In this document: piece by piece, positions 9,087 through 17,190 of the stretch | Layout: every line of letters starts with the position of its first letter | Numbering within the stretch: position 1 is the first letter of the stretch | Assembly: GCA_902579395.1 (NCBI GenBank) | Contig: CACHGK010000002.1 | Coordinates: 155,767-219,766 of the forward strand | Origin: an uncultured Alphaproteobacteria bacterium | GTDB lineage: Bacteria > Pseudomonadota > Alphaproteobacteria > Methylaequorales > Methylaequoraceae | Reading direction: 5' to 3' | DNA: 64,000 bases | Program-made: the position numbers and the translations under genes | Notes under the pieces: model-generated | Database searches by the model: none | The model's input: the letters and a program-made list of their open reading frames with translations, nothing else | What the model was told of the DNA's origin: nothing

Positions 9087-10937
9087 CTACTCGGAAGTTA
9101 AAAATTGTCTAAAATCTTTATAAATGTCAGTAATTTCACCTGCCAAACCATATAGACCTTCAGTATTTTTATGACCTTTTTTTAGGTGATGAACAAAAGG
9201 GTTACAAATTAAAAATCTATGAGCATGTGTTGAGTTGTAACCTTTACTATCAAAATAAACATTATAATCCCTTGAACCTGTAACCCTCTCTTCTTTATTT
9301 AAAAAATATTGAATTGATAATTTTTCAATTTTTGTTAATTCGCAAAAAAGCTTATTTTGAGATATAACTTCATTATCTTTGATTACAAAAATTTTATAGT
9401 TTTTTAGTATTGTTGTCAGAGATTCTTTATCAAAAGAGATGTATTTTTGTAAAAGTCCACCATACCCATAATTATTTAATGAATTAACAAGAGAAATAAT
9501 TTTTACTTTTCGGAAAACTGAAAATATTTTTCTTAGAACAATATTGATATTTTTTATAAAATATTTTCTTTTGACATATATTAGGTCAGTTAAATCCAAT
9601 TGTTTATAACCAATTAATTGAATGGTTTTTTTTGAAAGATTTACAACATGATCTTTATTATTTTTATACCAACTTTCTGTTAAAATTTTTTCATTGTTAA
9701 TAAATTTATATAGACTAAAAATCCTTTTGTTATAAGTAAGTTTCTTTAACGATGAAAAAAAAAAGTTATAATACCTAAAATCAATAGAGGGGTGTTTTTC
9801 AAAAAGAATCTCAATGTTACCAAAAGAGTATAATAAAAAAAAGTTTTTCTCTTTTTGTTCATCAAATGCTATAGCAAAATCCAATAAAAAAAAAAAGAAA
9901 TTTTTTGGATAGATTTTTTTTGTAAAATTATTTGTAACCAACCAATTTGGAATTTCATTAGTTTTAATTGGAGTTTCTTTTAGAAGTTTGTTAAGCATTC
10001 TAAGTATATTTACAAAATTAAAATATTTTAAATTAATTTTAATTTTTTCTAATAATCTATCTTCGTACTGCCTCACCCTTTCTCTTGATAGTTCTTTAGT
10101 AAAATTGTATTGGTCTGGCTTTTTCCCAATTGAATCTAAAGTTCTTAGAGGATATTTATCATTGGGCATATACCTAGAAAAAAATATCTTGCTTTCAGTC
10201 TCAGATAATTTACTCGTTTTAATAAGATGTAAAATATCATCTTCAATATATTTAGAATCTATTGAAACTTTAGGATAAATTTTATTAAAATTTTGATTGT
10301 GATAATCTTCAAGTTCTTGTCTTGAGGGAATATTTCTTATTTTACTCCCAAATGATAATTCATAACCTGATAAAATAATTGAAAGTTTTGTAATTGTTTC
10401 AAACCCAACTTTAGGTATGCGATTTAAGTTTTCATAATCAAGTTGGATTAGATCCAATAAAAAGATGATTTCATTCGATTCTGAAATTCTTTTTATTTTT
10501 GCATCAAGAGTTATTTCAGATATTTTTTTTAATAGTATGTTTTTTTTTTTTTCTTCAATTTCTAAAAAAGTTTTATTAATGACGAACTTTTCGTCACAAA
10601 AAAGCTTTCCCAGATATGCTGAATTTTGTAATCTACCAATTTTTATATTTTCATCTTTAACTTTAATATTATTAATTCTTCTGTAAATGCCTATCATTGT
10701 CCCAAGTTCATAGATTTTAATGTTAAGAATTGATGAAACAATTGATTTATTCTTTCTTTTCTCTAAGAATAACTTATAAATTTCTCCTAATTCTTTTTCT
10801 AATATATTTTTATATTCTAATGCTAGATTTGAATTCCGATCTTTATTTTTGAGATATAAATTGGCATAGGTAGTAATATGTTTCAAAGGTATTTTCATAT
10901 AGAAACTTAAGTATATAAAAAATAAAAGAATTGACAA
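9087..10937 (-). CDS. Large hypothetical protein with a sigma-70 region-4-type helix-turn-helix
   Basis: The central segment LSETESKIFFSRYMPNDKYPLRTLDSIG...LSRERVRQYEDRLLEKIK matches the sigma70_r4 pattern (L-x-x-R-E-R...S-R-E-R-V-R-Q-x-E). A possible HhH-like NLNRIPKVGFETITKL lies upstream of it. The likelier start is MKIPLKH at 10898. The stop is 29 nt from the tRNA. Confidence 0.65.
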   Translation of the reverse strand: MSILLFFIYLSFYMKIPLKHITTYANLYLKNKDRNSNLALEYKNILEKELGEIYKLFLEKRKNKSIVSSILNIKIYELGTMIGIYRRINNIKVKDENIKIGRLQNSAYLGKLFCDEKFVINKTFLEIEEKKKNILLKKISEITLDAKIKRISESNEIIFLLDLIQLDYENLNRIPKVGFETITKLSIILSGYELSFGSKIRNIPSRQELEDYHNQNFNKIYPKVSIDSKYIEDDILHLIKTSKLSETESKIFFSRYMPNDKYPLRTLDSIGKKPDQYNFTKELSRERVRQYEDRLLEKIKINLKYFNFVNILRMLNKLLKETPIKTNEIPNWLVTNNFTKKIYPKNFFFFLLDFAIAFDEQKEKNFFLLYSFGNIEILFEKHPSIDFRYYNFFFSSLKKLTYNKRIFSLYKFINNEKILTESWYKNNKDHVVNLSKKTIQLIGYKQLDLTDLIYVKRKYFIKNINIVLRKIFSVFRKVKIISLVNSLNNYGYGGLLQKYISFDKESLTTILKNYKIFVIKDNEVISQNKLFCELTKIEKLSIQYFLNKEERVTGSRDYNVYFDSKGYNSTHAHRFLICNPFVHHLKKGHKNTEGLYGLAGEITDIYKDFRQFLTSE

Positions 10938-11117
10938 AGAAAATAAAACAATATAAATTTAAAATGGGTGATTAATAGCTACAACTATTAAACCTAGGAA
11001 ATTGAAGTTTTGATTAGTCTAATGGATTAATCATACTTAAAGAAGCAATTAATTTGGTTCTTTTGCGAAGTTGCCAGTCTCCTTATTGATTATTAATATT
11101 TAACAAAGGAGATAAAA

Positions 11118-13139
11118 ATGTCTTTTGATAATCAGATAAATTTAGTAAATAAAATTAAAAAGTCAGGTGAGTTAAAATTTTTTGGTACTCAATCTGCGTT
11201 TAAAAGTATGCAAAGCAATGCTTCGTATGATAATGAGGCTATGGCTATTAATGACTTAATTGACAACAGCTTAGATGCTCATGCATCTGAAGTTAACATA
11301 CTTCTAGTAACAGGAGCCGAAAGAACTCCTGATGATTACTCTATGCATGATTCTGGAAGAAAACGTGCTGATAGAGTTTCTGCAATTCTTGTTCAAGATA
11401 ATGGAACAGGTATGGCAGATGGCTTTACCCGTGCTGCAGTTGCTTACGGTTGGTCATCCAAAAAAGATAAAAAAACATTAGGTACATTTGGTTTTGGAAT
11501 TAAAAACGCCGGTATTGCATTTGGATCTAGGTTAGAAGTGTATTCTAAAAATAAAAATGGAAAATGGGAATTCTGTTACATTGATGTGAATGAATTTACT
11601 GATGAGAAACTAAGAGAATTAAAAGGTGAACCACCTCAAGCCATTGAGAAAAGTCCATCTGAGAAGTACCCTTTTTACAGTGAATATTTTGATAATTTAA
11701 AAACAGGAACAATAATTTCTCTGGAAAATCTTGATCCAGCAAAAATTAAATGGTCTACAACATCGAGTTTTAAAAAAAATGCTCTACAAGAAATAGCTAC
11801 AACATTTTATAAAAAAGCTGGAGATATTAGTTTGAATTTTGATGATGGAACTGGTCCTGAAAAAGTTGATTTTATAGATCCACTGTTTCAAACACCTACC
11901 TTAAGATATTTTAAGTGTAAACATCCTCAAACTGGAAGAGTAGATAATGAAAAGGTAAAAATATATAATTCTGTTACTTACCCAGTAATTGATAAGGTAA
12001 CAAAACAGTTGAGAGGTAACGTTGTCGCAAGATTTAGTCTTATGTCACCCACCTTTAATCATTATACTAAAGATCCTTCCTCTTCAAAAGAAAACCTAGC
12101 TAAGTTTAATAAAAATGATGATTATAATCCTCGTAATAAGGTTATGGCAGATCATAAAGGTATAGTAATTTGTAGAAATGGTAGAAAAATATTTATGCAA
12201 AACCATTTACCGGATATAGATATAGGAAATAATTATAGACAAGTAGGAATGGAACTAGACTTTGATGGTTCACTTGATGAGATTTTGGGATTAACCACTC
12301 AAAAAGATAAAGTTCGCTTTGGCAAAGAATTTTTTAATTTTTTGAGAGAAAAAGGTTTTATTGAAACAATAAGAGCTATTTATTCTGAAAGACAAAAACT
12401 TTTCTCAGAACACAGAGAAAAACTGGAAAAAATTAAATCCTCCAAAGACCCTAAAAAATCCTACGATCATACTCAAGTGGCAGCTATGAAAGCTGTTGAA
12501 GATGCAAGAAAAAAACCATCTGATGAAACTTTAAAACGTTTGAAAGAGATTGGAAAAGAAAATCTTGATTCTCAAGCTGAAAATATAGCTAGAGAAGCGG
12601 GTAAAGATAAATCAGATGTTCTAAAAGAGCTAAATAAAGAAACCAACGATGTTCCTTTTAATGTAAGAGAAAAACATCTCTCTAGAAGTGCAGACTTTAT
12701 TAACTTTGTAAGAGAGGGTGCAACGACTTGGCTTGAGTTTAATAAGGATCATATTTATTGGGAAAAGTTAGAGGGAAATCCTACTATTTCAGGTGATGCC
12801 AGGCAATATATGCATTTTGTTTTCTACGCCTTTTACCAGGCTTTAATTACCAGAGAAACAATTAATAAAGGAGAAGTAGATAAATTTATTCTGGATTCAA
12901 ATTTCTTTTTTAATTTAATGAAAGACTGGAGTGAACATATGCATTCATTATTTGAAAGTTTAAGTCAGGTTAAACAATCTGTTGACAATGATTCTTCAAT
13001 CACTCTTGAAGAAATTACTCAGCAGCGAATAAAAGATGAAATGTATAAAAAAAAACTACTTAAATCTAAACAAAAAGATAATCAAGATAAGAGTTCAAAA
13101 ACTGTTGAAGATTATTTAGAGGATGGTTTATTAAATTAA
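11118..13139 (+). CDS. MORC-like GHKL (Bergerat-fold) ATPase, HATPase_c_3-type
   Basis: Strong SD (AAAGGAGATAAAAATG). Ordered ATP-binding motifs are INDLIDNSLDAHA (N box), VQDNGTGM (G1) and GTFGFGIKNAG (G2). The long charged C-terminal half is probably coiled-coil. Confidence 0.8.
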   Translation: MSFDNQINLVNKIKKSGELKFFGTQSAFKSMQSNASYDNEAMAINDLIDNSLDAHASEVNILLVTGAERTPDDYSMHDSGRKRADRVSAILVQDNGTGMADGFTRAAVAYGWSSKKDKKTLGTFGFGIKNAGIAFGSRLEVYSKNKNGKWEFCYIDVNEFTDEKLRELKGEPPQAIEKSPSEKYPFYSEYFDNLKTGTIISLENLDPAKIKWSTTSSFKKNALQEIATTFYKKAGDISLNFDDGTGPEKVDFIDPLFQTPTLRYFKCKHPQTGRVDNEKVKIYNSVTYPVIDKVTKQLRGNVVARFSLMSPTFNHYTKDPSSSKENLAKFNKNDDYNPRNKVMADHKGIVICRNGRKIFMQNHLPDIDIGNNYRQVGMELDFDGSLDEILGLTTQKDKVRFGKEFFNFLREKGFIETIRAIYSERQKLFSEHREKLEKIKSSKDPKKSYDHTQVAAMKAVEDARKKPSDETLKRLKEIGKENLDSQAENIAREAGKDKSDVLKELNKETNDVPFNVREKHLSRSADFINFVREGATTWLEFNKDHIYWEKLEGNPTISGDARQYMHFVFYAFYQALITRETINKGEVDKFILDSNFFFNLMKDWSEHMHSLFESLSQVKQSVDNDSSITLEEITQQRIKDEMYKKKLLKSKQKDNQDKSSKTVEDYLEDGLLN

Positions 13140-13158
13140 ATCTTTATAAATCAATTTT

Positions 13159-13186
13159 TACTCACGGTAAAAAATTACCGTGAGTA
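13159..13186 (+). promoter_or_regulatory. Perfect 12-bp stem / 4-nt loop hairpin between cassette genes 2 and 3, covering the GTG start of gene 3
   Basis: TACTCACGGTAA-AAAA-TTACCGTGAGTA. The GTG at 13180-13182 lies in the 3' arm. An in-frame TAA at 13168-13170 prevents an earlier start. Confidence 0.5.
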
Positions 13187-15102
13187 TTAATATTAAAAAA
13201 GTTAAATCAAAAATTTTAGGAAACGAATTTGATTACGCTCATAACATTGCTTATGACTACATAGGTTATGAGGGAGAAGAGTATGTTCATAAAGATTTAA
13301 AAATTTTTAAAGATTCTTACAATTCAATTTTACAAAGATATAAAAAATTAACTGAATATGAAAAAATATATTTAAAAACTTTATTTCAATTATTTGTGAA
13401 TTACCTTGAAATGAATTGGGTTATAAAACTATCAAAAAATAAATCTTTTGAATGCTTCCCCAAAAAAAGGTTAACAAAAAAATCAATTCAAATTAACCTT
13501 AGAAAATCAAAACAACGTAATATAAGAAAATACACCAACTTAATTTCAACTGTTCAAAGTCCAAAAAGTAAACCAAATAAAACAATTTTTGAAATTATTT
13601 CATCAGGAGAAGAATTATACAAAAATTTTCAGAAATTAAAAAAACTACCTGAAAATGAAAGAGTTTTAAATCTAAGTAAGTTGATTCAACCCAAAGTTTT
13701 TTTAGCTGATCAGTCAATTGATAAAATTACTGGAAATAAACTTTCAGATATTTGGACTTATCTACGCTTGTACTGGACAATACCATTTGAATCAACACCT
13801 GGAAGAACAATGCCTTTCATCATAAGAAATATGGCATTCGAAAATATGCCAATTATAGGAATTGGAATGTTAGCAAGTCCAGTATTAAGGTTGACTGTAA
13901 GAGATAGTTGGATAGGTTGGAATTTGGAGGCATTACATAAAAAACTTTTTGAAGAGAAATACAATCCATCAGAGATTATTGATTTGTTTTATTCAGTTCT
14001 ATTTAAGCATATAGATAATACATATTATGAGGATCTGCCATTAAATGAGAAAATTATAAATAAACCAACAATTGAAAATATTGTTGCAGTTGAGAAAATA
14101 GTTAAAATCAGTGAAAAGGAAAGACAATTTGATATTATAAACAAAAATTCTATTTACAAGGAAAAGCCTGACTTGTTAAATATGAGTAATGATGAAATTC
14201 TTGCATGGACAAAAAGACCTTTATATAAAAAAAAAAGATCAAGTAAACTTTCTAAAATTTTAGAGATTTTAAGAATATTTGAACAATTTAAATTAAAAGA
14301 AAATCCAAAAAACTTATTTATAATGTTAAAAGTTGATTTTGGAAAATCAGCTATTTCATATGTTTTAGATTTAATCAGGGTTGATGGATTGTCTAGCGAA
14401 GTTGCTGATTTGTCTATTTGTGGTGCAATACCTCCGTATAATGAAATTTTATGTGGAAAATTAACATGTCTGATAAGTGGTTCACAAGAAATTCAAGAAA
14501 TGTATAAAAAGAGATATGAGAATACAATATCAGAAATTTCAACCTTTACAGCTGGAAAGGCAATATTTAGGGATGTAAATTTAAAAGTTTTAACAACAAC
14601 AAGTTTGTATGGAAGATCTAGTCAATACAATAGGATTAAAATTTTGAAAAATAAAGAGAATAGCCTTAAAAATGATTTAATTTGGAATCATCTTGGATCC
14701 ACTAGAGGTTACGGTGTATTTCACTTTGATGAAAAAACAACAGAATTATTGCAAACAGTTTATGAAATTAAAAATGGTTACAGAAATGTAAATAGTGTTT
14801 TTGGTGAAGGCACAAGTCCAAAACTTAGAAAAATTAGAGATGGTTTGTCAATTTTCAAAATTGACGGCGATACTGGAATAAAGCATGGTCAAGTCAGAGA
14901 TTCTTATGCAACTGAGTTGTTTGATTTTGCTAGAGAAGAGTTAATATTTAAAACGCTCCGTAATTCTAGAAATTCAAAGGATTCTATTAAAAATATTACA
15001 GATTGTTGGATTAAAAGATGGTTGGTAAGAAGAATTGAAAATGAAGAAGTAATGCAAAGATTAAAATATTCAGGAAAATCTAAAATTATTGAGAATATTT
15101 AG
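13180..15102 (+). CDS. DUF4338 (DruA-like) domain protein, enlarged
   Basis: PGRTMPFIIRN...GMLASPVLRLTVRDSWIGWN, then ADLSICGAIPPYNEILCGKL...VLTTTSLYGRSSQYNRI...WNHLGSTRGYG. These match my memory of the DUF4338 blocks (G-x-x-L-R-Y...R-D-x-W-I-G-W...N-N-S-R-F-L-I-L-P...E-T-F-V-D...G-x-T-x-G). Confidence 0.65.
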   Translation: MSINIKKVKSKILGNEFDYAHNIAYDYIGYEGEEYVHKDLKIFKDSYNSILQRYKKLTEYEKIYLKTLFQLFVNYLEMNWVIKLSKNKSFECFPKKRLTKKSIQINLRKSKQRNIRKYTNLISTVQSPKSKPNKTIFEIISSGEELYKNFQKLKKLPENERVLNLSKLIQPKVFLADQSIDKITGNKLSDIWTYLRLYWTIPFESTPGRTMPFIIRNMAFENMPIIGIGMLASPVLRLTVRDSWIGWNLEALHKKLFEEKYNPSEIIDLFYSVLFKHIDNTYYEDLPLNEKIINKPTIENIVAVEKIVKISEKERQFDIINKNSIYKEKPDLLNMSNDEILAWTKRPLYKKKRSSKLSKILEILRIFEQFKLKENPKNLFIMLKVDFGKSAISYVLDLIRVDGLSSEVADLSICGAIPPYNEILCGKLTCLISGSQEIQEMYKKRYENTISEISTFTAGKAIFRDVNLKVLTTTSLYGRSSQYNRIKILKNKENSLKNDLIWNHLGSTRGYGVFHFDEKTTELLQTVYEIKNGYRNVNSVFGEGTSPKLRKIRDGLSIFKIDGDTGIKHGQVRDSYATELFDFAREELIFKTLRNSRNSKDSIKNITDCWIKRWLVRRIENEEVMQRLKYSGKSKIIENI

Positions 15103-15646
15103 AGTTGTTAATTTTTCTAAATCTGAAAATTAATAATAATTAGTTTCTGGAAACTATATAAAAAGGTTATATTTTAAATTTTACCGTTTTGTTAATAATG
15201 AAAAAAACTTTCCTTTCAACTTTTGGGCATTAGTTCTATTCAATGCACTAAAAGTTTTTCTATTTTTTTTATTGTACAATACATTTTTTTTAAATTTTAT
15301 AACAAATTCAAGTTTCATTTATGGAATCAAATATAGTTTTGTTTATATGGTATTATCGATTCCTATTTCATTAATTATTTACCTAAACCCATTAGAATTT
15401 TTAACAATTATTTATAACACAATTGAAAAAATAACTGATTGGTTATTGCTAAAATGTATTCTTTTTTTTATAAGAAAATAAATGAAAATAAGATTAATTT
15501 AATAATCTCTAAAAATAAAATTTTTTCACAATATATGATTATGTACAAAAAAGTTAATAAATGGTGTATTTTTAGTTATAAAAAAATAATATATAGAGTA
15601 GTCTAGAAATTCGTTAAAATATAGGGTTTATGGGGGTATCATCAGT

Positions 15647-15693
15647 TTTGTGGTACCGGATGTCGGGGGTTCAAATCCCCTCAGCCACCCCAT
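15647..15693 (+). repeat. Direct repeat of the tRNA-His 3' half (att-like), 45/47 identical
   Basis: Aligns to 9012-9058. The only differences are in the variable loop (AGGCC becomes ATGTC). The upstream sequence cannot form the 5' half of a tRNA. Confidence 0.85.
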
Positions 15694-15694
15694 T

Positions 15695-16201
15695 TTATTT
15701 TGTTGAGATTGTATAAAATGTTTCGGTATTTCCAGCGGAGTAGCCTGTTTCAGGGTTAAATTCTGTTTGTCCTTTACCATAACCAATTACTCCTTTGTAG
15801 ACCCCAGTCCCTCCCGTTATTGTAATTGTAGTATTAACAAGACCATTTTTACTAACGTCCTCTGGAGTTTGAGCAACACCATCAACTCGAGAGAAGATTT
15901 TACTACCATCGTCGTAAATCCCAATTGAATAACCTGTTACTTTTCCATTCTTATTAATGTAGTCGCTAATACCATAAAAATCTGTCTTGATTATCTTTAG
16001 ACCCTCACAATTTTTTTTTGATTTTTTATGATTGGTTTCTGTTTTGAAAATTCTTATTACATGACCTTCGATGTCATCAACTTTTATAGATTTCTGAATA
16101 GTGTATTTAACTTCATCATTTGAAGTTGAATTTTTAAATTTGCATGATGCATTAAGATTAAAACAAAACAACAGAATGATAAAAAGAAGTATAGAATTCA
16201 T
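15695..16201 (-). CDS. Small secreted hypothetical protein (beta-rich, possibly dirigent/AOC-barrel-like)
   Basis: Signal-like N-terminus MNSILLFIILLFCFNLNA. ITGGTGVYKG recalls the G-G-T-G-x-F/Y-x-G block of dirigent/allene-oxide-cyclase-like barrels (weak). It is the sole ORF of the second att-bounded segment. Confidence 0.5.
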   Translation of the reverse strand: MNSILLFIILLFCFNLNASCKFKNSTSNDEVKYTIQKSIKVDDIEGHVIRIFKTETNHKKSKKNCEGLKIIKTDFYGISDYINKNGKVTGYSIGIYDDGSKIFSRVDGVAQTPEDVSKNGLVNTTITITGGTGVYKGVIGYGKGQTEFNPETGYSAGNTETFYTISTK

Positions 16202-16284
16202 TCAACTATTATTACTGTACAAAAACATTTTACAAGAAGTTTGTATATATTATTATAGAATTAATAAGTTCAAATTTTAATTGT

Positions 16285-16330
16285 TTTGTGCTATTGGATG
16301 TCATGGGTTCAAATCCCCTCAGCGGCATTA
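16285..16330 (+). repeat. Degenerate direct repeat of the tRNA-His 3' half (att-like relic)
   Basis: Manual alignment to 9012-9057 gives about 12 mismatches in 46 nt. The T-arm core GGGTTCAAATCCCCTCAGC is intact. It shares the ATGTC variable-loop variant with the 15647 copy. Confidence 0.7.
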
Positions 16331-16349
16331 TTTGTTTTAAAGTTGATTT

Positions 16350-17177
16350 ATGAAAATTGAAAAATTTAATTTGGATGATGGAACTTACATCAGATTTAAA
16401 AAAATAGGAAAAGGGAAGCCTATCCTGTTACTTCACACTTTCAGAAATAGACTAGAATATTCTGACAAACTAGGTGAATTATTAAGAAATAAATTTACAG
16501 TATATTCAATTGACCTTCCAGGTTTTGGTGATTCTCCGATCAACACAGCAACAAATTATAGTCTTGATTTTTTTACTAAATCAATAGTAAGTTTTGTGCA
16601 AAAGTTAAAGATTAAAAATCTTACAGTCGCTGGAGAATCCATAGGAGCAAACTTAGGAGCTAGCTTATCAGTTGAACTTCCAAAAATAGTAAAAAAAATA
16701 TATATGTTTAATCCTTATGACTACGATTCATATTTTGGTGAAGGAATTCAAAGAGGTAATTTTTTTGCAAAATTTATTTTGTTTCATGTTGGCTTGCCAG
16801 TTATTGGAAATTTATTTTCAAGTTTAGAGAATAAATTTATTTTAAAAAATATTATGAATGGTGGGTTTTTTGATAATACTAAACTTCCAGATAGCTATTT
16901 AAATTTATTGTGTAATTCTCTGAAAAAAAAGGGGTATATCTATCATTTCAGAAATGTACTATCACAATTCAACAAAGATAATGGAATTAAAAAGGTTTAT
17001 GAAAAAGTCAATGTTCCTGTAAAACTTATTTATGGAAAAGATGATTGGGCTAAAGAATCAGATAGATTGCTTACAAAAAATTTATTAAAACTTAGTAAGT
17101 ATGAAATAATAAACGATTCTAGTCATTTTTCTTTTTTAGAAAATACTGATAAAGTTGAAGAAATCATCAAATCATAA
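16350..17177 (+). CDS. Alpha/beta-fold hydrolase
   Basis: PILLLHTF (oxyanion region), nucleophile elbow GESIGAN, C-terminal DSSHF (His). It is the sole ORF of the third att-bounded segment. Confidence 0.8.
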   Translation: MKIEKFNLDDGTYIRFKKIGKGKPILLLHTFRNRLEYSDKLGELLRNKFTVYSIDLPGFGDSPINTATNYSLDFFTKSIVSFVQKLKIKNLTVAGESIGANLGASLSVELPKIVKKIYMFNPYDYDSYFGEGIQRGNFFAKFILFHVGLPVIGNLFSSLENKFILKNIMNGGFFDNTKLPDSYLNLLCNSLKKKGYIYHFRNVLSQFNKDNGIKKVYEKVNVPVKLIYGKDDWAKESDRLLTKNLLKLSKYEIINDSSHFSFLENTDKVEEIIKS

Positions 17178-17190
17178 CAAAAGACATTAA

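Noticed and set aside
9087-9300. Tyrosine-recombinase-like residues at the C-terminus of the 616-aa protein (THAHRF...KKGHKNTEGLY)
   Set aside because: The spacing between His and Tyr is shorter than in the integrase box II. No upstream catalytic Arg/Lys blocks could be aligned, so this is probably coincidence. It remains worth a profile search.
10938-11117. Short inverted repeat TGATTA-N11-TAATCA in the divergent promoter region of the cassette
   Set aside because: The arms are only 6 bp and AT-rich, so it is not distinguishable from chance.
15272-15481. 69-aa hydrophobic ORF in the island tail
   Set aside because: Its low-complexity I/F/L/Y composition is typical of random AT-rich sequence. 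It has no RBS, so I treated the region as non-coding.
15620-15693. Possible second complete tRNA-His gene
   Set aside because: Only the 3' half from the anticodon loop onward is present. The upstream sequence (GGGTTTATGGGGGTATCATCAG) cannot form the acceptor, D or anticodon-stem 5' strands.
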